Assembly: GCA_049724395.1 (NCBI GenBank)
Contig: JAUGWO010000003.1
Coordinates: 62,001-107,659, forward strand
DNA: 45,659 bases
From: Spongospora subterranea f. sp. subterranea
Taxonomy: Eukaryota
Reading direction: 5' to 3'
Under the pieces are notes generated by a model. That model made no database searches. It saw only the letters and a program-made list of their open reading frames with translations, and was not told where the DNA came from. Positions 11,822-21,748 of the stretch are shown one piece after another. The stretch's first letter is position 1; each line of letters opens with the position of its first letter. The translations under genes were made by a program, and so were the position numbers.

Positions 11822-12502
11822 TGCCCCGCCACGATCAGCGATTGGTTGTCGCCGTGATCCCGGAACGGGTTGGCGGAATCGCGGCGCAGTTTCCGCCAAG
11901 ACCGACGACGCTGAGGATTGAATGTGAAAAACGTTTTCCCATTGATTTGTCAAGGAACGGTTCCCGTATTCTCCACGGTCGTCGATGCAAAAATAAGTCG
12001 AATGCGGCTGATTCTCCAAGACGCTGTGTTCCGGTTATAATGCAAAGATGATTCGTTCTGCTGAGCACGATCGTTCGTTCCAACCCTGTTCTCCACTTGG
12101 GCATCCAAGGGTTTATGGAAACCGGTCAATTTGGTCATTGCTGAAGCCGATTCATCGCATCGACGACGATGTTTATATTTCCGACTGCTGCTATCGCCGG
12201 TAGAATCAGTCTGCGGGCAGCGCCGATCTGTATAAAGGCGTTCGTGACCGGTGCTCATGAGATATGTTAAATTAGTCTAGACGAGGATTGGCCCATCGAC
12301 CCATTGCCTGGTGTGGCATGTGATATCGTCAATGCAAGGCGGGTATTGGCACGAGAAGGGCGTCGTCAATGTTGGCGTCCTGTAGCAACCAAATTGCCCG
12401 GCGCTTGCATTGAACCCTCTGGCAACAATTGGATAGACCCGATGGCGACAGTACTAAACTCGTAATTGATGAACCTCAAATTGAATGGGGTCCTTTACCA
12501 AC

Positions 12503-12814
12503 CCATTCGGTATTGTAATGTTGTTTTTTGTTCAAACAACTGGTTCGCCTGTCGGCTCTAGCTCTGTCTTTAAGCTGCTGCAATGACGAGTCCATATTGT
12601 GCACCGGATCCTTCTGATCCCCTATCTCATGACTCTTTGATTCAAGACTCACACGATGAATCCAACCCATCGGCCCGTCATTGTTCGGAACCAGAACCCC
12701 AATACGACTCGGGCGCGATTGACCTGCGGCCATTACACCAGCTCCTCAGAAATGACTGGACTAGGACTGACAGGCGAACCAGTTATTTGAACGACAAGCA
12801 ACATTACTGAATGG
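12503..12814. repeat. Diverged inverted duplication (arms ~12503-12585 and ~12731-12814)
   Basis: GACAGGCGAACCAGTT(G/A)TTTGAAC…CAACATTAC occurs on opposite strands. Also visible as DRRTSCLNKKQHY (-) versus DRRTSYLNDKQHY (+). Confidence 0.85.
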
Positions 12815-12980
12815 TTTGATATTGACAGCCGTGCTCGGTCCATCGTACGCGTGCCCCTTTAAAACAGGCTCGCCCCATCACCCCAATCTAACTCGACCTG
12901 GTCCCTAAATACAACACGGCCCTCGTCGAATTCGATCAAAATCGATAATGAATCGCACTGACTGTGTCCGCTCATCATTA

Positions 12981-13778
12981 CACCACTGGTCCACTCATCA
13001 GCACATGTTTCACTGATGTTTGACTGGTCCCTTGTCAGTTCTGGACACCACTGGCCCACTCATCAGGACATGTTTCACTGATGTTTCACTGGTCCCTTGT
13101 CAGTTCTGGACACCACTGGCCCACTCATCAGGACATGTTTCACTCATGTTTCACTGATGTTCCTTGTCAGTTCTGGACACCACTGGCCCACTCATCAGGA
13201 CATGTTTCACTCATGTTTCACTGATGTTCCTTGTCAGTTCTGGACACCACTGGCCCACTCATCAGGACATGTTTCACTCATGTTTCACTGATGTTCCTTG
13301 TCAGTTCTGGACACCACTGGCCCACTCATCAGGACATGTTTCACTCATGTTTCACTGATGTTCCTTGTCAGTTCTGGACACCACTGGCCCACTCATCAGG
13401 ACATGTTTCACTCATGTTTCACTGATGTTCCTTGTCAGTTCTGGACACCACTGGCCCACTCATCAGGACATGTTTCACTGATGTTTCACTGGTCCCTTGT
13501 CAGTTCTGGACACCACTGGCCCACTCATCAGGACATGTTTCACTCATGTTTCACTGATGTTCCTTGTCAGTTCTGGACACCACTGGCCCACTCATCAGGA
13601 CATGTTTCACTCATGTTTCACTGATGTTCCTTGTCAGTTCTGGACACCACTGGCCCACTCATCAGGACATGTTTCACTCATGTTTCACTGATGTTCCTTG
13701 TCAGTTCTGGACACCACTGGCCCACTCATCAGCACATGTTTCACTCATGTTTCACTGGTCCCTAGTCAGTTCTGGACA
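12981..13778. repeat. Tandem minisatellite, 67-bp unit (65-bp variant), ~12 copies
   Basis: Unit CCTTGTCAGTTCTGGACACCACTGGCCCACTCATCAGGACATGTTTCACTCATGTTTCACTGATGTT with internal ATGTTTCACT sub-repeats. Confidence 0.97.
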
Positions 13779-14558
13779 GTGTCAGTGTCTCTCCCTCCAC
13801 ATAATACCGTTACCACCCTACGCTCTCACACAGAAAAGCACTACGTTGCATCAGTTGCAGCGTTGGGACAGTACGGACTCCCGTGGTCGCCAAATATGCT
13901 GTTGGTTCGAATGACCTGAAAAATTCTCGGACTGTTTTTCCAGGGCGTGGCGAAACCCAATCAAAACAACTACCCCTAGACATAAACTGAAATTGTTTTG
14001 TCTCTGCTGAATGTTTGTCGGAAAAATAAGAATTCCACAGAAAAGCGGGAAGGAGAGTTTATGTTTAGTTGGCTGAATTGTTTTGCCAGAAGGTTGTCTT
14101 GGTTGTCTTCGTCGTCTTGGACAATCGTCCGAGCATTATTCGGGTCATTCCAAATGCAGAAACAGCGATATCCGGAAGCTACAGTAGTCTGCATTTTGCA
14201 GTTTAGCCGTTTCCATATGGGGGATCCGCGTCGCCCTGTAATATGAGAACATCTTGATTGAGTTTGTCCAGGTCCAGTTCTTCGACCGATTCATAGACCG
14301 TCGGCGCTGTCGCCTGTTGCGTTTACATACTGACGTCCAGTTTAACCAACGAATCGCATGCAACCTGTGTTGATTGGCCCGAACATGCTGATCGCATCTG
14401 TATTGATAAAACCAATGCCCAAAATCACGTCACTTTGTCTCTAATTGCTAATTCTGTAAGTCATCTGCTTGGAAACAGGCCCCTCAATTTTCACAGTTTG
14501 TTGCCAGAATCCGTTCGAAGTGCTTGGATCCTTCATTGCCTTTTGATGCAACCATTCG

Positions 14559-15312
14559 CTAATCGGAAAAATTGCATTTCGGCAGGAAACCGCCCATCAC
14601 CTGGTGTCGTTCCAACAACCGATTGTTGGCCGGCAAGAGGAAGCGCTCGCTGAAGGGGGTTCCCCCATGTGATTGGCATTGGGGGTTTAACACAACTCCT
14701 GATGCGCCATCTGAGAACGATGCCTTTGAACAGATAATGACAGTTGAGGCCCCCGATACCGCCACAACCCGAGCATGCACCTTGATCATCTGGACAAGTA
14801 CAAAATTTACCAGAAAATGTTGTTCCGTTGTCGCACACGAAGAAATGTGGGTTTCACTAAGCCTCCTGTCGATGTCTAGTTTGAGAGCAATTAGGGGAAC
14901 GATAAGTATAATGGTTTCGTTCTGAGCCACCGCCGGAATCAGAAATGTCAATGATTGTTCTGCTCCGGTGGGCAGAACATCTCGGATACCCTCTAGTGCA
15001 TATGCGACCAGAGAATGCTGTGCTGGTGATCGCCAGCGCCAGTTAAGAGCCGGGCAGACTTGACGCAAGCAGGCTAAGTGGGCTTTCGCATTCCCCCAAT
15101 TTTCCCATGTTGTCGCAGGAATTAGTTCTACACAGCGCCAAGAAGCAGTCGATTACCAAACAAAATGCAATCGAATTGCGAATTCGACACTGTCCCAACT
15201 TGTCGTGTGCGTTGAGCACTTGGATGGCAACTCGATCTGCAAAATTGCAGTAGCGACATTGGATAATACGAAATTGTCCACTGCCACAAGTGTTGACCCG
15301 ATCATTGATCAT
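14559..15312 (-). pseudogene. RecQ-like (telomere-linked helicase type) pseudogene fragment
   Basis: WRSPAQ…RDVLPTGAEQSLTFLIPA…TIILIVPLIALKLD matches SF2 RecQ motifs Q/I/Ia with a destroyed Walker A. Cys-rich fragments flank it and the helicase core is deleted. Confidence 0.75.
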
Positions 15313-15814
15313 GCGACTAAGGTTCTGACCCGATCGCCTCTAAGATTCTGATGAACGAATGCACTCTATCGTCGCCATACACATGCGAGACAGACGATGA
15401 ACGCGAAACTTACATCTCTTCACGTTTGTCACCGTGAACATCCGTTGAAGGTCAGGACCGTTCGATTTCGACAAAATCGGGAGGGGCCAGCAATGTTCTG
15501 GCCGCAACAACGTTTGGGCATGGCATCGTTTGTCGCCACCAAATTGCAGTGTTAAGGCGCATGAATGTCTTGGATTGCCCTCTTGAACTTTTTAGTTGTC
15601 GGTGGTATAGCAATTTTCGTAAACCTCGCGAGCCAGACTATGGCAAGAGCAGAAAGGAAGTTGGCTGGTATTGACATCGACCGCCGCGTCCACCAGCGAG
15701 AAAGAGACGGTATTCCCAGCGAGTCTCCGAGCTGTCCGCGATTGCAAACGATTGCAGATCTCGGTGCGATTATGACGATATGATCTTCTCTGTTCGAAAA
15801 GCTTATCCATGCAT

Positions 15815-15975
15815 GCACAGCATTCTCTGATCGCATATGCACTGGAGGGTATCCGAGATGTTCTGGCGGTTCTCCCCACCGAAGCAGGAAAAATCATTGA
15901 CATTTTTCATTCCGGCAGTGGCTCAGAACGAAACCAATGTACTTATCGTTCCCCTCATTGCTCTCAAACTGGACA
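15815..15975 (+). pseudogene. Second, inverted copy of the RecQ-like helicase motif I/Ia fragment
   Basis: QHSLIAYALEGIRDVLAVLPTEAGK/SLTFFIPAVAQNETNVLIVPLIALKLD with a frameshift after GK. It is the reverse-complement match of 14873-15023. Confidence 0.85.
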
Positions 15976-16722
15976 ATAAATACTAGAGATAAGAGATTCG
16001 GCATCAACCATCGCACATACCTAGACGGAATACTTGAAGAGTTCAGAATAATGAGCAATCCTGAAATACCAACAACCGAGTACAGCACATTAGATATCAC
16101 ACTGGCGAATAGGAAAATGGCAAAACAGATTGTGAAGTTCGAGGGTCCACACAGACCTGAGCAGTGATGATCTACCAACAACAATTGAAACAAGCATTGG
16201 AGGAAAAACAAATCACAATTAGCAATTGATAGGAAAAGAGTCAGACAACTCGACAACAGATCAACAGCAAAGGCACTAGTGACAGCAATTTGAAAACCAA
16301 TCAGATCACGCTATGGGACTGTTCAAATTCACTACAATGCTATAACAAAGCATAAACTACCGGCACGTTAGATTGAACTGGTGCAAGTTCTGGAACAAAC
16401 ATCTGAAAGAGGCACTTACACTAAGGAAACAAACTCAGACGCAAATTGCACACAGAGCACATTTCGACCGCATTCGTTCCGATGAAATCGATTTTTGCCG
16501 ACACGGAATCGCTGCAATAACAGGACGCTGTACACGTCCGACATGGATCAACGACGACAACATCGGCAGAAGAATAAATTAGGAACAGGAATAGATCATC
16601 TGCGTGAACAGTATTCACGGCGCTGCCCCAGAAAAGATGGTGGAAGTTGCGGTCAACACAAAACAAGTCCGAAAACGCGATGTTCGAAATTCAAGTTCCT
16701 CAAACATGATTTACCGCAATAA
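15976..16722 (+). mobile_element. Possible degenerate LINE ORF2 fragments
   Basis: A-rich + strand like 4076-5050. The fragments KFWNKHLKEALTLRK and LYTSDM recall the LINE post-endonuclease region and an RT motif. Heavily decayed. Confidence 0.3.
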
Positions 16723-17669
16723 ATCCATCAAAGGCTGTTCCGACAACATTATTGCTTGATCGGCATTATCGCGCCGACGCACTTGTGCGATTCGTCATTC
16801 TTATGTCTCCACGAACGCCACACAGCAAAATGGCTTGATTCCTTTGTTGACCGTTTCCGATCGAGCCATTGTGCGTTTGTGCTGGCGGTTGAAACTTCTA
16901 GCGTATGGAGTTTGTGGATCACCAGAGGGCGTGCTGAATTCGATGACAACCTCTGTACCCTTTATCCGCCAAAACTCGCTCGCCTTGATCCAGCATTCGG
17001 GTGAATCCAGATTGCGCAAGCGTTGGGTCTGGAACCAAAAATCGACGGAAACCACAACCGGATCGAACCCGGTAATACCGTCCGGCACTATCTGAGTGCG
17101 TCGTGGTTTTTCAATCTGTTTTCGTTTATCGCAATCCTAATCAGTTGACAGACAAAGGGTTTACTGGGATCTGACAGGTAGATATGGTCAGAGTGATCTG
17201 AACAATGGGATAACAGATCACATCACCGACCCACCTGTTGATCGCGTTTGCAGGAGCGGGAACGTTACGGGCGAGCGTGGCATTGTGACCGTAAACGTCC
17301 ATGGCAACGAGACTCAATGGCGGATGACGGCAACGCTGTACAGGATCGGAACGTGTTCGTCTGGCGTAGAAAGGGAAAAGCAGGATGAACGAGTGTGTCC
17401 CAGTTCTTTGGCCAATTCATTCACGGCAATGACCTGGAAACGCGCGAAGCAGTTCATCGTTGGCCAAAATGGAAAGGGGGTCTGGCAGCCGAATCTCCCC
17501 TGATATATCGGTGCTGTTGATCAACCCTGTCTTGCGTTGACCACCCCCACAACACGACCGGTCGTCGTCATGAACGTCGTGCGCAACCAAATTAAACGTG
17601 ATCGAGCACGTTATTTGAGTTGATTGGGCGATCGTAGGTTATGGGACGGCCAGGGCCATTTACAGCCAT

Positions 17670-18353
17670 ATGTTGGGGATGATGCTGTTTTTCGGCCGAA
17701 TAACTGGTCAACCTCATGAAGAAAATTCCCAAGTCGGCCATTCAAACCACTTGATGGATTGTTTCTTGGGCAACTTGTCGTCGCCAGCGATGCACATCGG
17801 TCCGAGCCGCCAAGGGGAACTCCTCAACAGCCCGCGCTTCAGCACATCTGAATGGATTCTGGATGGCGATTTGTCGAATCCCATGTTCCCCGAGGCGACC
17901 GTCGATCCCATTCCTCTGCCAACGATCCTCGTCTCCAACGCCCCGATGTCGATCCTGAGCAACGACAACGACCTGGACATCTGGGACATCTTCTCATCGC
18001 CGTTGTCGTCGCCGTTCTCGATGCCGTTGGACCCAGCGCCAGCCTCGCCGGTAGTGGCGACGCAGCTGGCGGCGACACCGATAGATCCGCCCCCGTTGGT
18101 TGCCGCATTCGTCCTGGACACCGACATCATGGAGGAAAGGAGAAAGTCGGCCCACCCAAGGTACAACACCAGGATCGCGTGCGTCAATTGCTCGCGTCAA
18201 AAGCTGGCCTGCGACCATCACCGCCCATGCAAGCGGTGCTTCGAGAAGGGCAGGGCGGATTCGTGCGTTGATCGAGTCAGGAATCCTCGACGTGGACGAA
18301 CCAACCGCATAAAATCCGATAACATTTTAAGAAAAACGATAAAGAAATTCTAA
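17670..18353 (+). CDS. Zn(II)2Cys6 binuclear-cluster protein (putative transcription factor)
   Basis: ACVNCSRQKLACDHHRPCKRCFEKGRADSC = CX2CX6CX5CX2CX8C at the C-terminus, preceded by an acidic/Pro/Ser-rich region. Intronless ORF; start codon uncertain. Confidence 0.88.
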   Translation: MLGMMLFFGRITGQPHEENSQVGHSNHLMDCFLGNLSSPAMHIGPSRQGELLNSPRFSTSEWILDGDLSNPMFPEATVDPIPLPTILVSNAPMSILSNDNDLDIWDIFSSPLSSPFSMPLDPAPASPVVATQLAATPIDPPPLVAAFVLDTDIMEERRKSAHPRYNTRIACVNCSRQKLACDHHRPCKRCFEKGRADSCVDRVRNPRRGRTNRIKSDNILRKTIKKF

Positions 18354-19004
18354 CGAATCAAATCCCATTATGCGATTGTCGAGTTGGTCATGGCACTCCC
18401 GGTCAGGTCGAGCGAGGGTTTTTTGTTCCAATGTCGACGAGTGAACTCAGGGTCCGGGACGAATATTCGGACGACGTGACAGAGCAACAAAAACACAACA
18501 GCTCCAGTGGCGCAATGCAATATCGGATGGTGATCATTGATTTCATAGGGACCAGGCGGCGCTGTCGCCAAACATGTTCTGGTGGTCGATCTATACGAGA
18601 ACATGATCCCAATCACGACGTGGAATACCCCGATTGACAGCAGGTTCCCATCGCCCGTTTTCGTGATTCTTGAATCAGGCGGGTTGCGAGCTTTCGCGAT
18701 CGGAATGGGCACCGGATGGGGTCCATGGCCACCACGTGTCGAATCGAATCGCCGACAGCAGCGCGCGCGATATCACAGGGCGTTTGGCTTCAGGAACATT
18801 CACTCAATGCAGCATCGCATTGACGTGGGATTAGCCCATTCGCCATCGCAGACTTGGCCATCTGTAGTCCATCGATATAACCGACGGTTTCTACTCAACG
18901 GAAATGGCCACGATGCGATAGGGGATCCGGAATGATTTGCTCGTCGTCGCGACAACAACTTGACATCGCCCGTTCACGAGACATTTGTCTTTGAGCGTGT
19001 AATA

Positions 19005-19283
19005 ATTGAGCCACTCATTGACGATATAAAGAACATATTTAAATTAGCTAATAGTTCAAGAACCAAGAACTATGGAGCCCGTTCCTGGTTTCTTAGACTT
19101 AGGACTGCTACAAAGATCCTCGTCTGAGCGTTCGAAGCCCGTTTGTGAACGGCCCGGCGGTCAACAGTGCTCTTTGTAGCAATCCTAAGTCTAAGAAACC
19201 AGGAACGGGCTCCATAGTTCTTGGTTCTTGGAAGATTAGCTAATTGAATATGGGTCTTTATTATCATCAATGAGTGGCTCAAT
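19005..19283. repeat. Long near-perfect hairpin (fold-back)
   Basis: 19057-19116 pairs with 19171-19230 at 59/60 positions. Pairing continues with small indels to 19005/19283. Loop is 54 nt. Confidence 0.97.
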
Positions 19284-20834
19284 CGATACAGGCGAATCAA
19301 CCGTGGATCGATGGCAAATGTCGACGTCTCGTGCTCCCAGTTGCCGTTGATTGAGATTGCGAACACAATGGAGGTAGATCTGCAATAAACAAAAAACCAT
19401 TCGCGACGAGGACATCGGCTCTCTCTCAACGGGCGTCTCAAGTGTCGACAGATGCCGTCTGGATCGCAGATGGTGGAATTGTGGCCATCTGGCAGCAGGG
19501 GCAGAATTCCTCCCGCGTCCTGGTTTCGCTCTGCGGCAGTGGGGCATTCAGCGATCGCGCCAGGGCACAATGATCGTTTGATTATGGGCAAATCCTACCC
19601 CAATACCGAGCGACCTCGACACCAACATGGATTCGACGACTACCGCATCCGTCAAACAATACATTTGCTGTTCAAGATTGAAGTTCTTGTTCATGGAGCT
19701 ATTTTTTTTGCCAACCGGACAGGGGGTATTCGCTGTCGATATGCGCCATGGAAGTTCAAATTCATAGGTCAAGGCCCAGTGACAGTTTCCAACAAATTGG
19801 CGTTCGTCGTCGACGGAGAGAACGCAGTCGCAGAACCAGGGACAACCGGAAAAACCCGACAAGCGAACTGTGATGGGCCAGAAGGCCAGCGGTCGACCAA
19901 CACGTCAAACACACTATACCGTCTCGGAAAGCCTCAACAGGAAGCACAAACTCAATCGTGCACATCATTGGTCAAGAGGGATGGTTTCCGCGGCGACGCC
20001 TTCCCCGGAGAAGTTGTCGCCAGAGTTCAACCAAAACGTTGCTGGACTTTGCTCTATGAAACTCAGGATCCACATTCGTTCGATCAGATTGTGGACCGTC
20101 TGATAAACGATTGCAATGGTTTTGCGAACGCTTTGCGAAGATTCCGATAGAATTTGCCCAGCGTTTTCGTCCTGAATGTTCTCGGCTGGGCCCTCGTCAA
20201 CTCAACGAGCTGTCAAACACAGCGCACGAATCAAGGGGATATATGAAACCGCAATTTGTTGGAGCTTGCGATGCACTGGCTACTCGACAAGAACTGGAAG
20301 CCGTGTCTGAAATACGAACGGCTGTTCCTGAGTGGCATCGTTGGAGTTCCCACCTAGACACGCTGTGGACCAACCAGGTATTGCCTTGCTGACCAGTACT
20401 GATCGACCTTCAATGGCGCCGCATTGGCAGGTTCGTCGTCATGATGGTACCGGCGGCGAAACTTTTCGCTCCCAGGTGGCGAAACGGAAGCAGTTCCCAG
20501 CTGTGTTTCTGGGTTGAACACGTCGTGATTTGATCATTTGGGTGCGGATGTTGCCGATCTCAATCGTCCCATGCGCCATGCCAGGAATCTGGCACCGCGA
20601 TTTGGAGGTTGGACAGGCACGCCCGCGCTGTCGTGGCATCGGTTGGGATTGTCTTCCGGTGGTGCCCTCGTCTGTTCACTCGTCACCAGAGGCCATGGAG
20701 ACGGGATTCACCACATGTTTTGTTGCGTTCATCACCAATTGACTTGGACGTTTACCAGCAACTGCACGATCCTACCGCAGCGTTTTCGAAAGCCGATGGG
20801 TTTGGCCAACGAACTTGTGTTAGCAGCAGAAGAT

Positions 20835-21490
20835 GCTGGTAGCGTTCGGTGGTCAAGCGAAAGCGGCTGCTGGTGAAGTGTCGGTCAAACCTGATCGCAC
20901 GCCCGGACTCAGAACAGCATTGCTTTGATGACGAACTGCAAATGCTGCGACGCCGACGCCGACGCCGACGCTGGGTCCACACCGCCACGATAGAGACGAT
21001 CGTGAATTGGAGCATGGAACCTTGGAGGTGCGCCACCAAGCAAGGTTTATGTGCCTCGCTTGGTGGCCGGTTGTACATGCTGTACTGAGTCCGCGTGCGA
21101 ACGACGTTTTGATTGACGCATCCGACGACCTATCACGTCATCCAACCGGACGAGTGCTGTCGAACCTGCCCACGCAACGGATTCCACCGGGTCCTATAGG
21201 GACAGCGTTTTCGAGCAAACGACACGAACGACTTTGTCGGAAGCCCGGTTTCAGGCAAATGTGGATTCCATGCTCCAGCACGATGATCGCCATCTTGGTG
21301 GTGTGGACCCAGCGTCGCCGCGTCGCCGTCACAACATTTGCAGTTCATCATCAAAGGGATGTGCTGCTCTGCGTCCCGAGGGCAAGCAGACCTCAGTAGA
21401 GGTGACCCGGGCGTTTGATCAGATGTGCCAAGCATTCGAATTGCTCGACAGCAGCTCGCCCTACGACCATTTGAAAGACGCCACCACAAT
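20835..21490. repeat. Diverged inverted duplication (core arms 20924-21020 and 21264-21356)
   Basis: TTTGATGA(C/T)GAACTGCAAATG…CGACGCTGGGTCCACACC…TGGAGCATGGAA occurs on both strands. Outer blocks such as CTGATC..ACGCCCGG also match. Confidence 0.85.
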
Positions 21491-21748
21491 CATTGACCGC
21501 TTCTGGAACGTCGCCCGCTGTCCGGTCCGGTCCCATCGTCATCGCAGAGGTCGGTCAGCATTCACATTGCATGGTAAAGCACGGATTACCTCGCTCGAAT
21601 CAGAGCGTTGAACAACCGTCATTGTTCCGCTTGCGACTACCGGTTGTCAAATTCCGCAAATCGTTGAATATATTTCAAACAATTCTCGCTGCAAAAAACG
21701 GCGGGCCGACGGGAGTCACTTCGAATATCAAGTTGGGTGCAGGTGAGC

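Noticed and set aside
12981..13778. Tandem C/D-box snoRNA cluster (TGATGA and CTGA on the minus strand of each unit)
   Set aside because: The C and D boxes overlap in CTGATGA so units could not be processed separately, there is no terminal stem, and I recognise no rRNA-complementary guide.
13097..13919. Repeated 64-116 aa ORFs in the 67-bp array
   Set aside because: Artefacts of tandem periodicity, with no coding features.
19452..20150. 232-aa ORF as a real gene
   Set aside because: No recognisable domain, a non-ATG-quality context and surrounding fragmented frames. Treated as debris.
20944..20970. Poly-arginine peptide (RRRRRRRR)
   Set aside because: It is a (CGACGC)n microsatellite in a decayed inverted repeat, and reads as Arg-rich on both strands.
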